From a virus, in IMG/VR virus record IMGVR_UViG_3300021964_000024, positions 32,001 to 96,000 of that record: a DNA stretch of 64,000 bases; one strand, written 5' to 3'. Below are positions 9,232 to 18,910 of this stretch, in pieces (position 1 is the first letter of the stretch; the number at the start of each line of letters is the position of its first letter). A model generated the notes under the pieces. It did not search any database, was not told where the DNA came from, and worked only from the letters and a program-made list of their open reading frames with translations. A program made the position numbers and the translations under genes.

Positions 9232-9524
9232 TAGACCTTTCCTCCATAACCAAGTTCACGCATTGCCTTCACAGGACTAGATGCTTTTTCCAACGCAACG
9301 TATTCTTCAACAGAAACGTTCTTGACAAGGAAGTTGACCCATGCCTTCCAAGGTTTGTACTTACCGTACTTGAACCTTGCGATAAACTCAGGTTTGGGTT
9401 TACCGACCCAAGATGGGTGGCAGTCTGGGTGAACATCTTCCATGTTCCTAGAGTTCTCGTGGGCACCTCTGTACATCAAGTACATACCGTCCCAAACAAA
9501 CTCTTCTTTAATAAATGCAGTCAT
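9231..9524 (-). CDS. hypothetical early protein
   Basis: First gene after repeated early promoter; GAGG SD. Confidence 0.65.
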   Translation of the reverse strand: MTAFIKEEFVWDGMYLMYRGAHENSRNMEDVHPDCHPSWVGKPKPEFIARFKYGKYKPWKAWVNFLVKNVSVEEYVALEKASSPVKAMRELGYGGKV

Positions 9525-9533
9525 AATTTATAT

Positions 9534-9628
9534 CCTCACTCTCAATTACGTAGTAATTATAACCCATTTTTAGGATCTTGCCAAGCTTTTTTTGAAAAAA
9601 AGTTCACTTTTTTTAGACTTTTTTGCTA
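9534..9628 (-). promoter_or_regulatory. repeated early promoter cassette (TTGGCA 9579-9584, TATAAT 9556-9561, A-tract UP element)
   Basis: 17-bp spacer, AATTAC-N3-GTAATT palindrome, GTAATTGAGA..GTGAGG leader. Confidence 0.8.
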
Positions 9629-9982
9629 TTAGAATCCTTGATTCTATTACCATAATAGTCGTGAGTACCCTCTTTCATACCCTTTCTGCGGAACTTTTTG
9701 TCCTCATCTACGACTATCGAAGACATAACCGCAATCCATCCCGCAATACCGATAACAATTGCATCTCTCAGAAATTCTAGTAGTTCCATCCAAATTCCCT
9801 CTGTGCAGTTGCGATCATATCTTTAACCCAAGATGACGGGGTGCCGGGTATCCTGGCCTCGACCTCTTTGATGATGGCTTCCTCAGAGAAACCCTCATAT
9901 ACCATAGGATCGACAATATCCTGCAGATCCATAACATAACTTCCAATTTTACTCATAATAGTCTCCTCACTGATCTTAGATC

Positions 9983-10011
9983 AGTATATCAGAATTTTGG
10001 GAGGTTGTCAA
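9983..10011 (-). promoter_or_regulatory. sigma70 early promoter TTGACA-17-TATACT, back-to-back with + strand late promoters (10014-10021, 10044-10051)
   Basis: Consensus matches on both strands at a divergent gene junction. Confidence 0.75.
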
Positions 10012-10050
10012 CATATAAATAAAAGAAAATTGAACAAAAAGGGTATAAAT

Positions 10051-10314
10051 ATGAGTGACGATCTATTTGATTTTGGTTTCTCCTTTGCGGATGAATCAGA
10101 AATAGAAGCAGTCCAACAGGCAACCCAAAAGGTTGAAACTGTATCGACAGATGCCCAGTCTACTCAAGAGAGACTGGACAGACTATTCAATGCGATACAA
10201 CCCCTGTTGAACAACTTAAAACAGAATCCTGAAAAGGAATATATTTTGTGGCCAAACCGACTAGATAAGATAGAACAGTTTGAAGACCACATACAAAACA
10301 TCTATCAAGGGTAA
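10051..10314 (+). CDS. conserved hypothetical late protein
   Basis: MSDDLFDFGF...PLLNNLKQNPEKEYILWPNR; downstream of TATAAATA. Confidence 0.65.
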   Translation: MSDDLFDFGFSFADESEIEAVQQATQKVETVSTDAQSTQERLDRLFNAIQPLLNNLKQNPEKEYILWPNRLDKIEQFEDHIQNIYQG

Positions 10315-10317
10315 TCC

Positions 10318-11190
10318 ATGAATTACAGACAGCGCAACGAGTTGATCGTAACCACACCCAGATCTCCTACGGATACTTCGATTGGGAAGTACATCCATAA
10401 AGAAAAGAAGCAAACTGAGTGGGGAAGACTTAACTACACTATTGGTGGTGAAGTCAGACAGAATGATCTAGTCTTGAGATGGAAAGATTTTTGGTCACAT
10501 ACAGTCAATGATGTGTTCAACTACTGTCCTATGTTCCTCAACTATTTGGCGATCAAAGGATACAAGAAGATACTCTTCGTTGGTCACTATAACGCTGCTC
10601 AGACTACATGGACTATCAACCGCAAGATGGACAGGGTAGTACACAAAACTCCAAGTTATCATTCTTTGGATGAGACTATGGTTGACCCTAACATCTGGTT
10701 ACAGTTTCTACCTATTGTCCGTATGGCATATGGGTACATCGATTTCGAAATGCATACAGTGTCTCCTCCGGAATCACGTCACCGTAAAGTCATGAATGCA
10801 CTGTACAAGAGATATGACGTTGATCTAGTGAATTCGGACAAGCAGTACAAGAAAGGTAGAGATGTTCAAATCACAACGCCACCTGATACCCAATATGATT
10901 GTGTAGTACTAGCAGGTGTTCCTAAAGATAGAGATGACTTAGATATCTCTCATCATCACATTCGTTCTGCATTTGCAGGAGTCTGTACTTCAGATTTTGA
11001 TATCGTGGATTTCTACTATAGTGCTCTTCCGTTACAGACTGGTGTATCAGAAGACAACGCCTATTACTTGAATGAAGTGTTTGCGTTGCGTAATGTATGG
11101 GATCAGAGATTCAGAGATGAAAACCCTGAAGACAAGGCAATCCAGTACGCAATTCTAAACGATTCGATTCACTGTTATAAGGGAAGTTAA
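10318..11190 (+). CDS. hypothetical protein
   Basis: 290-aa ORF, no recognisable motif. Confidence 0.6.
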   Translation: MNYRQRNELIVTTPRSPTDTSIGKYIHKEKKQTEWGRLNYTIGGEVRQNDLVLRWKDFWSHTVNDVFNYCPMFLNYLAIKGYKKILFVGHYNAAQTTWTINRKMDRVVHKTPSYHSLDETMVDPNIWLQFLPIVRMAYGYIDFEMHTVSPPESRHRKVMNALYKRYDVDLVNSDKQYKKGRDVQITTPPDTQYDCVVLAGVPKDRDDLDISHHHIRSAFAGVCTSDFDIVDFYYSALPLQTGVSEDNAYYLNEVFALRNVWDQRFRDENPEDKAIQYAILNDSIHCYKGS

Positions 11191-12059
11191 TTCCACTCTA
11201 CGTTCTTAGGTACGTAGTCTTTAATTTTGCGTCTTATCTCTTTATCGAGCGACAGAATCGGAGTAGGTTGTTTTCCTGCTCGTTTGACGTAGAAGTAGTT
11301 TGCGTCCTTAACATAGGAACCACCCTTACCAGACTTAACTAGAGTTGCGTCAACACCAACCTTATTGAATGCAAACACGATGTCTCCGTCGATGTACTTC
11401 TTGAGTTTCTTACCCATGTTGATGATGTCACCCATCGTATTAGCGGCACCACGGTGAGTGTTGATTAGAATCTCTGACGGTACAGTACGTGCACGTTTTG
11501 CATTTTGTTGTTTCGCAACTTCGATGTCGTTAACTACCCATACGATGTGAACGTTCTTTTTATCGTAACCCAACTTAGCGGCATCCTTTGCGATCTTGTC
11601 AAGTTTGTCCAGTGACTTCAGAGTCATGTCAAATATGATGTTCGGTTTACGATCTGGATCTGCGGCAAGGACACCACGATAGAACGCACGTTCTTTTCTC
11701 TTATCGACCCCCAAGTAGTTACCCATGATGTCATGGAGTTTCTCTACGTTCTTGGGATCTTTAAGGTTCTGTGCAAGGTCTTCGATATCAACACCAAGTT
11801 CATCTGCTACACGCTTCTTGATAGCAGGAGTCTTTGATGCCAACGTTTTGAGTTCGTCAACATCAAAGACTTTACCTTCTAGTCCTACTAGATTGGACAA
11901 TACAAATCCTTTCCCAGATCCCGCACCCCCTGCCATGAGTACGATGTTTCCAAACTTAGGATACGCCTCGCCACCAAAGGTGATGAGTTTCTCCATAAGG
12001 ATATTGAATTCCTCTTGTAGAAAGAGGTCTTCTTTTAAAAATGAGTTAAAGGACTGCAT
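11187..12059 (-). CDS. P-loop kinase (AAA_33/zeta-toxin/Pnk-kinase-like) with capsid-targeting-like N-terminus
   Basis: Walker A GGAGSGKG, DVDE, IIFDMT, lid NAKRART; N-terminus MQSFNSFLKE; late promoter at 12093-12100. Confidence 0.7.
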   Translation of the reverse strand: MQSFNSFLKEDLFLQEEFNILMEKLITFGGEAYPKFGNIVLMAGGAGSGKGFVLSNLVGLEGKVFDVDELKTLASKTPAIKKRVADELGVDIEDLAQNLKDPKNVEKLHDIMGNYLGVDKRKERAFYRGVLAADPDRKPNIIFDMTLKSLDKLDKIAKDAAKLGYDKKNVHIVWVVNDIEVAKQQNAKRARTVPSEILINTHRGAANTMGDIINMGKKLKKYIDGDIVFAFNKVGVDATLVKSGKGGSYVKDANYFYVKRAGKQPTPILSLDKEIRRKIKDYVPKNVEWN

Positions 12060-12092
12060 GTGTCAGTATAGATCCTGTTAGGTTAATAACAG

Positions 12093-12100
12093 TATTTATA
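12093..12100 (-). promoter_or_regulatory. T4 late promoter TATAAATA
   Basis: Exact match upstream of the kinase gene. Confidence 0.75.
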
Positions 12101-12247
12101 CAAATAAGGCTACTAAGATAATGCATCCCATGATAATCATTACATTTGGATAGACTGACCAACAGTGTTTGAAGTCTTTCCATGTCTCTTGACCAAACCT
12201 TTTTAAGTCAGTACCTAATCCGGCAAAAGATTCTTTTATTTGTTTTT

Positions 12248-12880
12248 TCATTTTTTATCCTTTACTATTATTGTTACGTTATCTCCGATAGGAAACTTGA
12301 TCCTATCATGACTATGATATAAGAAGAATTTAGTGTCACTGAACTCATCAAACATCTTAGGCCAGATCGGTCTCCAATTATTTGCTAATCGGTGAGTGTT
12401 CTGTGGACTCCTGTCTGATGCTAGTAGTAGATCTGTGTAACTACGTAGCGTAGTATCAAACATTGAGTCAAATCCATAGATGTGCACTTCACTCGCTTTT
12501 TGCACTCTACATGCATAGTCAACCGCCATGTGACCGCAACTGTAGTTTGTTGCAGCTTGTCTTGCCGACTGTCCCGGCAACTGTGCATACGCAGGTATAT
12601 GTGTATGCATAGCTTTAATTTTCTGGGCGTACTTCAGATAAAACATTGGTTGCATATCCATCCAGTGTCTAGGACGGGTTCCAAGTATCCAATCGTACAT
12701 GTCCAATTTGATCATACCTTCAGCAAGTGCCATCATCATTTTGAAATCAACCATACAGGTTGCAAACACTTCTGTGTTAGGTATATCAAAAGGTGGCATG
12801 TTGCATATCAACAACCTGCCTGGCGATCCCCTCTCAAATTGGTGGGCATGATCACCGTTTCCAAGAACATTCCATCTCAT
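12248..12880 (-). CDS. GT29/GT42/MptE-like Rossmann-fold transferase
   Basis: VLGNG...CN...D...SCGHMA...VHIYGFDS pattern of sialyltransferase-like/DUF115 proteins. Confidence 0.5.
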   Translation of the reverse strand: MRWNVLGNGDHAHQFERGSPGRLLICNMPPFDIPNTEVFATCMVDFKMMMALAEGMIKLDMYDWILGTRPRHWMDMQPMFYLKYAQKIKAMHTHIPAYAQLPGQSARQAATNYSCGHMAVDYACRVQKASEVHIYGFDSMFDTTLRSYTDLLLASDRSPQNTHRLANNWRPIWPKMFDEFSDTKFFLYHSHDRIKFPIGDNVTIIVKDKK

Positions 12881-12895
12881 TGTAAAAGCACCCTA

Positions 12896-13378
12896 CTATC
12901 GGTTCCGCATCATATGTAACGCTTTCTCGTAATCTTCCTGCGTCACGACACCCTCTTGAAGTAACTTCTGACGATTCCTCATATGCTTACCAACAAGTTC
13001 GTCTTTAGATCCACCAAAGTAAGGTACTGCATGTCCCTCTTCAATAAGGACTTCAGTGACTTTCTTTCCGTCCGGTAGACGGAAGTCACCAAGGATACGA
13101 CCAAACTTACCTTTCATATCTTCACCATGTTTGTCTTCGGTGGTGATAAGTTTAGCACCTGATTCCATTAGTTCCTTGAGACGTTTCTTTGCCGCCTCAC
13201 CAAATAAGTCTTCTACTCTGTCACTGGTGCGTGACTCCGGAGTATCAATACCAACAATTCTGACTCGCTCATCAGTGAGTACAACATTGAATCCTAAGTC
13301 AATGTCTACGTCCACTGTGTCACCGTCTACTACTTTAATGACCGTAACGTCATACTCGTTTGAGACAATACGTCTCAT
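12896..13378 (-). CDS. thermonuclease (SNase-like)
   Basis: KVVDGDTVDV, RVRIVGIDTPES, GKFGRILG. Confidence 0.9.
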   Translation of the reverse strand: MRRIVSNEYDVTVIKVVDGDTVDVDIDLGFNVVLTDERVRIVGIDTPESRTSDRVEDLFGEAAKKRLKELMESGAKLITTEDKHGEDMKGKFGRILGDFRLPDGKKVTEVLIEEGHAVPYFGGSKDELVGKHMRNRQKLLQEGVVTQEDYEKALHMMRNR

Positions 13379-13526
13379 AATCTTACCCTCTTTTCTAGTG
13401 TTTCGATCATACGATCTTTATTCTTCTGCCACGCCTCTTGTGTGCGGGTTCCTTTCTCAAAGAACTGTGATTCCTTGAGTCTCTCTAACGCAGACTCACG
13501 TCTACGCTTCTTCGCCATTGCTCCTC

Positions 13527-13727
13527 TCATTCGAAGTGCTTCTCCAATACAAACAGTTGATCTTCCCACTCTGCAATTGAGTGAAGTTCTTTTTGAACCG
13601 CTTCCATTACATCGGGATGTTCTCCGATACCTGCAGGGTTCTTTAGATACACTTCCACGTTTACCTTGTGTAGTGCAATCTGTCCTTCTGCATACTGACG
13701 TAGTGCAGCTAACATTTTAGTCCTCAT
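13527..13727 (-). CDS. conserved hypothetical protein
   Basis: NVEVYLKNPAGIGEHPD motif; coupled to spanin genes. Confidence 0.6.
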   Translation of the reverse strand: MRTKMLAALRQYAEGQIALHKVNVEVYLKNPAGIGEHPDVMEAVQKELHSIAEWEDQLFVLEKHFE

Positions 13728-14148
13728 TACCTTCTTCCTTGACTGGTTCTTCTTCCTCGTTGGTGTTGATAGTGCGGTAGTACACCACCACTTCTTTCAA
13801 CTGAGTTATATATCTACGAATTTCTTGCATGTTATATGCCATGAGTTCGTAGTCACCTACTGACATCGCCATAAAAACCAACTGTCCCTCATGACGTTTC
13901 TGGATATCTTCCATGAAAGTATCCACGTTCTTGTCCGATACAACATACCACTGAGGATCACGTAGTTTGATACCACGAGGCATTGCGGGATGTGTAATCG
14001 GTATCTGTACTTCTACAGTACGGATCTCTACTGGAATTGGTGCAGGTGGTTCCTTCTTACCAAAGAAGGGAATACCCATAGTGGAACAACCACTAATCGT
14101 CAATAGCATCAATGTCAGCAGTATCTTGTTCGATAGTTCTGAAAACAT
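13717..14148 (-). CDS. outer-membrane spanin (Rz1/o-spanin) lipoprotein
   Basis: Lipobox ISGC, Pro-rich linker, overlaps the 3' end of the i-spanin in another frame. Confidence 0.75.
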   Translation of the reverse strand: MFSELSNKILLTLMLLTISGCSTMGIPFFGKKEPPAPIPVEIRTVEVQIPITHPAMPRGIKLRDPQWYVVSDKNVDTFMEDIQKRHEGQLVFMAMSVGDYELMAYNMQEIRRYITQLKEVVVYYRTINTNEEEEPVKEEGNED

Positions 14149-14497
14149 CCTTAGTCCCCTTGTTTACTCGTGTTTCAATTAACCCCGGCTTTGCAGCAGC
14201 AAGTTTAGATAAGTTGTGTCTCGCAAAGATAGAGAGGTATCGATTCATCTCACCTTCGATCTCAGCGTTACGTGCAGACTGTGTTTGCAGTGCTTCGGTA
14301 GTCTTTTTCAGGTTACCCTGAAGTGCTTCGATAGTCCTTACCTGCTCTTCCTGTCTGGTTTCAAATGCAGTAATAACCCCTGCTTGGGTTTGTAATTGTG
14401 CTTGCATATCTGCCATCTTGGATTCGGTTGTCTGGAAATAAATGTATCCAACACCCGCACCCGCAACGATAAATGCAAACAGTAGTTTACTCAACAT
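14093..14497 (-). CDS. inner-membrane spanin (Rz/i-spanin)
   Basis: N-terminal TM segment, coiled coil, LAAAKPGLIE motif of T4-type i-spanins. Confidence 0.75.
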   Translation of the reverse strand: MLSKLLFAFIVAGAGVGYIYFQTTESKMADMQAQLQTQAGVITAFETRQEEQVRTIEALQGNLKKTTEALQTQSARNAEIEGEMNRYLSIFARHNLSKLAAAKPGLIETRVNKGTKDVFRTIEQDTADIDAIDD

Positions 14498-15188
14498 CGT
14501 GCCAATTCTCCTTTATATATTTTAAGTTACCCAGATCGTGTGGTTTTGGTCTTCCACCACAATCGACAATTTTACATTTAGGAGTAACGTAAGAGGGAAA
14601 CTTCCATTGTCCTAGTACCTTACTACTTAGGTGAAACTTTAAGTTCAGTTTCACACTGGGAAACGTCTCATCTATGTAAAACACTTTCTTACCCAAACGT
14701 TCAATCAAGTGTCCGGTGTACACCTGATCCCCACCATCATATCCAAACTGAGGGTTGTTAACAAACATGTCCCACACGTCTTGCATCTTACCCTTCTCTA
14801 AAATCATCATTGACGAAGAGTATTTATTATTTTTCCACATTATGGCATCGGAAACACACGCAACATCGTATCCACTTTTTAGTTGTTGGATCGAATAGTC
14901 TATCTCCTCATCAAAGTTACGTTGTAAAACGTTGTCGATGTCTAAGTATACCACATACTGTTGCGGAATGTCAAGGTCATATGCCTTCATCTTATTCCAC
15001 CATCCATATCCTTTACCAAAAGGTGGTTGGATAGGAGCACTGAGGTTACTCAGTTCGCCAGGCCGATCAGTAATACAATATGAAAAGACGTTGTATTCTG
15101 TCAGATCCACAAACCTTTTTACGATCTTGTTCGCATACTCCATGGGGTAATTGTCTGTGCAGACTGTAAGTAATGCAATCTCTTTCAT
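14487..15188 (-). CDS. glycosyltransferase (GT-A, GT8-like)
   Basis: GWWNK, YLDID, SSMM, GGDQ, GRPKPH. Confidence 0.75.
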   Translation of the reverse strand: MKEIALLTVCTDNYPMEYANKIVKRFVDLTEYNVFSYCITDRPGELSNLSAPIQPPFGKGYGWWNKMKAYDLDIPQQYVVYLDIDNVLQRNFDEEIDYSIQQLKSGYDVACVSDAIMWKNNKYSSSMMILEKGKMQDVWDMFVNNPQFGYDGGDQVYTGHLIERLGKKVFYIDETFPSVKLNLKFHLSSKVLGQWKFPSYVTPKCKIVDCGGRPKPHDLGNLKYIKENWHDVE

Positions 15189-15835
15189 ACCACCACCAAC
15201 TCAATACCTTTCTCGTAGTTATGTTTTGCAACACATCCTCTCTCGTATTGAATCGTAGTGAACGAGTCATCTGCCTTTGCAACCCATGGATAACACTCTT
15301 GCAACCAAGGGAAGTTTAAAACGTTCAGGTAGATATCAGTAGGACGTGAATAATGTTCGATCTTGTTCAGTAACTCTTGTGCACCTTTTGGTTTTACGAT
15401 GTACGCATGTGCACCCTTGAAATAGTCTGCCTGCGTCAAAGGATTGACACCAAGAGTCATAGGGGTGTTGTACTTACCGTAACTGGGTTGTCCGATTGTA
15501 AGACACCTATCAAATGACAGGGGTGGAAGACGATCAAAGAAAACAGTATCATGTTCAAGGATCATCACATTCTCGTTGTTCTGAACACTATAGTTCCAAA
15601 GGGATTTGTGCGATAGGAAACACGCTAGCGCATTGTCTGCTCTAGAGTATTGACTCTCAAACATGTGACGTTGTAGTTTGGCGTTATCACACTGCAGTGC
15701 GAAATCCGAATCTCTGGGTGTAGTCGCTTTCCATTTATCTACGTGAATTCCGTACCTCTTCGCAGAAGTGATACACCTGTCTGCCGCACGTTGAGAAAGA
15801 TCGTTGTCAAAAATAGTAATTACAAAACTTTTCAT
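15185..15835 (-). CDS. glycosyltransferase family 25
   Basis: ACFLSHKSLW, ILEHD, GAHAYIVKPKGAQELL. Confidence 0.85.
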   Translation of the reverse strand: MKSFVITIFDNDLSQRAADRCITSAKRYGIHVDKWKATTPRDSDFALQCDNAKLQRHMFESQYSRADNALACFLSHKSLWNYSVQNNENVMILEHDTVFFDRLPPLSFDRCLTIGQPSYGKYNTPMTLGVNPLTQADYFKGAHAYIVKPKGAQELLNKIEHYSRPTDIYLNVLNFPWLQECYPWVAKADDSFTTIQYERGCVAKHNYEKGIELVVV

Positions 15836-16542
15836 TATGTCGTTGTTGTGGATTCGTCTCCACTAACCCTCGTGTAGTATGGGTGTATTACCCTAAGCCA
15901 TGGGAACAGTTCCCGACACATGTATGCGTCATTAGGAAACATTCCATAATCTCTAACTCTATCTAGTAGTTCTTTAGCACCCGCAGGTTCGATGTAGTAC
16001 GCAGAGTTACCCGCAAGTCCTTGTGGTACAGGATCCTCTCCTGCTTCAACTACTCTTGGTACTGGTTGAATACCACCCAACATTTGACTATGATATTGGT
16101 ATGATCTTCGAGTCGCACCACGTGGATCATTCAGTCCTATGACTTTATGTCCCTTGAACGTCTCTAGGTCATCATCGGGTCTACGAATAAACCTTGCATC
16201 TGCTTCACATACGATTCTAGGTTCGTCCTTAGTAACACAGTCATCCCACTGCAACATGTGACTGAGTGAACATGCAACCTTTTTCTTTTGGTCTGCAGCC
16301 CTGTATGCGAACTTGTATAGTCCTGTTTGTAAATCAAGACCGTTCTGATCTTCGGACACCGGCCAGTTCCATCTGAAATTTGACCGATTGAAGTATTTGA
16401 ATTCCATCATCGATGAGTCAATGGTATCTGGTACAACCGCATCAACTACAACAGGTGTCAGTCCACTCTTAACGGCGAACAGACTATTGATTAGAAATTT
16501 TTCAGTTTGGATCTTAGGGATCCTTATGATGTAGACATTCAT
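15835..16542 (-). CDS. glycosyltransferase family 25
   Basis: ACSLSHMLQW, VCEADA, GNSAYYIEPAGAKELL. Confidence 0.8.
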   Translation of the reverse strand: MNVYIIRIPKIQTEKFLINSLFAVKSGLTPVVVDAVVPDTIDSSMMEFKYFNRSNFRWNWPVSEDQNGLDLQTGLYKFAYRAADQKKKVACSLSHMLQWDDCVTKDEPRIVCEADARFIRRPDDDLETFKGHKVIGLNDPRGATRRSYQYHSQMLGGIQPVPRVVEAGEDPVPQGLAGNSAYYIEPAGAKELLDRVRDYGMFPNDAYMCRELFPWLRVIHPYYTRVSGDESTTTT

Positions 16543-17330
16543 ATAGACTTGAATAGTTCCTCTACGTTCTCGCCTTGTTCTGGTAACAAGTCTTTCAAAA
16601 AGAAGTGCACGAAGTGACACTCTTCAATTTTAGTATTCGCACCGTACAGACCATTCCATTTCCAGTCCATATGTTGTACAGGTACGTCATACTTCTTGAG
16701 GAAGTAGTTCAATAAAGTCTGATCAGTAGACCACTTCCATGCACCAATACCATCCACAAAGTCCTTGAACTCCATGCGGTTAATAAATTCTTTTGCAGTA
16801 TCGTCTTTCAGATACGGTTTGAAGTTTTGACAGTTGATCACCATCATTCCCATGTTCGCAAACTCAAACCCAAGGTTAGTGGGACTGAAGTCTGTCTGGT
16901 TCGAGTGAAGTTGTCCATACTGCATACGAGAGTAGGTGACTATCTTCTGTTGGTACGCAGGAGTAATGGGCATCTCCCTTTCGTACACACACCCAAACGC
17001 AACGTCTGGATCGATTGCATCAAAGATGTTAGGTGCATCCGGACGAATGTAGATATCCGCATCGATGATTGCGATCTGATCAAACTCATCTAGTAAATTG
17101 AACGCATTCTCTTTCTCGTAGATAGGGAGAAACCCACCATGCTTCATCCAACTATCCGTTGAACGATTGCTAGTGAAAGGATCGGGTTTGATCTTGAGAA
17201 TCCCGTTGCGTTGTACATGTTGCTTCAAGTTGTGCTTCTTAGAATAGTCGCACACACTATCGATGCACTTCTTGTACAATTTACTGTCGCCCTGTCTACC
17301 CAGAGCGACCTGATATATTAATCGTCGCAT
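16539..17330 (-). CDS. glycosyltransferase (GT-A, GT8/GT34-like)
   Basis: IIDADI, ANMGMMV, DQTLLN, WN, FVHF. Confidence 0.8.
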   Translation of the reverse strand: MRRLIYQVALGRQGDSKLYKKCIDSVCDYSKKHNLKQHVQRNGILKIKPDPFTSNRSTDSWMKHGGFLPIYEKENAFNLLDEFDQIAIIDADIYIRPDAPNIFDAIDPDVAFGCVYEREMPITPAYQQKIVTYSRMQYGQLHSNQTDFSPTNLGFEFANMGMMVINCQNFKPYLKDDTAKEFINRMEFKDFVDGIGAWKWSTDQTLLNYFLKKYDVPVQHMDWKWNGLYGANTKIEECHFVHFFLKDLLPEQGENVEELFKSI

Positions 17331-17560
17331 TAGTGGATCTTTTCTATCTGATAGTCAAATGGGGCAACAGTCTTGATTTCAAAACTATTACCGTCCGTCT
17401 TCACTCCAACTAAGTGAGTGGGTTTCTTCGTGGTGATCTTCTTCAGATGATAGACACGCTTGGTTGTCTTAGGATCAAACTGCGTTCCACCCTTGTACCA
17501 AACGGTTACCACAAACTCTTCAGTGAACCAGTCCAACCATAACTTGCGTAACCAACCCAT
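17330..17560 (-). CDS. hypothetical protein
   Basis: TAATG-coupled ORF. Confidence 0.55.
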   Translation of the reverse strand: MGWLRKLWLDWFTEEFVVTVWYKGGTQFDPKTTKRVYHLKKITTKKPTHLVGVKTDGNSFEIKTVAPFDYQIEKIH

Positions 17561-17651
17561 GATTCAGTCCTCTGAAGTTAATGCAACATACATCATTGTA
17601 ATTGCTGCACATACAGATACCACTAAAATACCAGCTAAAACAGTTTCCATG

Positions 17652-17897
17652 TTATCTCCTACTATATTTACTTCTACCCTCGTTCAGTAGTTTGAACTTG
17701 GATAGTTTCTTCTTTCTCTTTAATTTAGCGTTTGCAGTATTCTTGATTTCGTTCGGTTTGACATGGAACTGTCTCTTCCTACACTCTGTCACGACTCCCG
17801 CTCTATTTACTGCACGAGACCATCTTCTTAACATCTTGTCAAACGATTCCTCGTACTTCCCTTTATATCCAACTCTTTTTGGTTCTACTCTTGGCAT
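17652..17897 (-). CDS. rpsU: 30S ribosomal protein bS21
   Basis: ESFDKMLRRWSRAVNRAGVVTECRKRQFHVKP matches the bS21 pattern; GAGGA SD. Confidence 0.85.
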   Translation of the reverse strand: MPRVEPKRVGYKGKYEESFDKMLRRWSRAVNRAGVVTECRKRQFHVKPNEIKNTANAKLKRKKKLSKFKLLNEGRSKYSRR

Positions 17898-17908
17898 GTT
17901 CCTCCTAG

Positions 17909-18910
17909 TTAAAGTGCATTAATATCTCTATAATCATTGAGATCGAACGCAGTGCCGATCATCTTATGGAGATCTCTATTATGATTAGTATACACTAAAA
18001 CTTCGGGATCGTCAAGCAAAAAGTCACAACTTTTACAATAATCTGGATAATTCTTAGTTCTGTGTCCCTCTCTTAGTGCAGAGTATTCAGGGCCACGAAT
18101 GATTTCTTCTATGGTATTGACTGACGTATGACCAAGTACAGCTTCTTCATCACGCCCCAAGACTTGACAACAAGGATGAACAGCACCACGGTGACCGTCC
18201 ATTCCGCCAGCACGTATAACAACGTCTGGACTAAAAGGTCTTCCACAAGTTTTTACCTCTCCCTTTCTGGCGTTCTTGCCGATATCCCATGCACCAGACC
18301 AGTTATGCATTTTCCATATCTCAGTCTTAACACCTAGTTCCTCGACCAACGCTTTGTATTGTTCTAGTTCTTGTTCTATGTTATCGTTATCAGTTATGAG
18401 ATGATACGTCTCTACAACACAATCAGATCCAGACTCCTTGACATACGCAACCATCTCTTCGATGTTCTTCTTGATCAAATGATAGTTACTACCTCTTGTG
18501 TTGTGCATCCATTTGTCATAGAGTTCTGGGGTGGGGCCAATGAAAGAGAATCTAAAAAAGTCTAGTCCTGCATCAACACAATCTCTCATGAACTGACCCT
18601 GCATCTTGAATCCGTTCGAGAAGATGACCGCCTGTGCATTGTACTTCTTTACGATCTTGATGTATTCGGGTAGGTTACGATTGATCGTTGCCTCACCAGA
18701 ACCATCTAGGTTAACTACTCGCAGTCCGTGTTGTGCACAGTCTGCAACGTTATCCTCGAAGTCCAATAGGTTCATCTTACCTATAAAGTTCTTGTGTCTT
18801 CCTCCAGTTCGTTTGTCCTGTGGACACATTGTACAATCGAAATTACATCCCCCTTGTATTTCGATAACTGCTCTATCTATCTTGATAGAATTGTCTACAC
18901 CTTTGCTCAT
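17909..18910 (-). CDS. radical SAM / SPASM-Twitch protein
   Basis: CNFDCTMC, C-terminal C...PCC...CKSC. Confidence 0.9.
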   Translation of the reverse strand: MSKGVDNSIKIDRAVIEIQGGCNFDCTMCPQDKRTGGRHKNFIGKMNLLDFEDNVADCAQHGLRVVNLDGSGEATINRNLPEYIKIVKKYNAQAVIFSNGFKMQGQFMRDCVDAGLDFFRFSFIGPTPELYDKWMHNTRGSNYHLIKKNIEEMVAYVKESGSDCVVETYHLITDNDNIEQELEQYKALVEELGVKTEIWKMHNWSGAWDIGKNARKGEVKTCGRPFSPDVVIRAGGMDGHRGAVHPCCQVLGRDEEAVLGHTSVNTIEEIIRGPEYSALREGHRTKNYPDYCKSCDFLLDDPEVLVYTNHNRDLHKMIGTAFDLNDYRDINAL

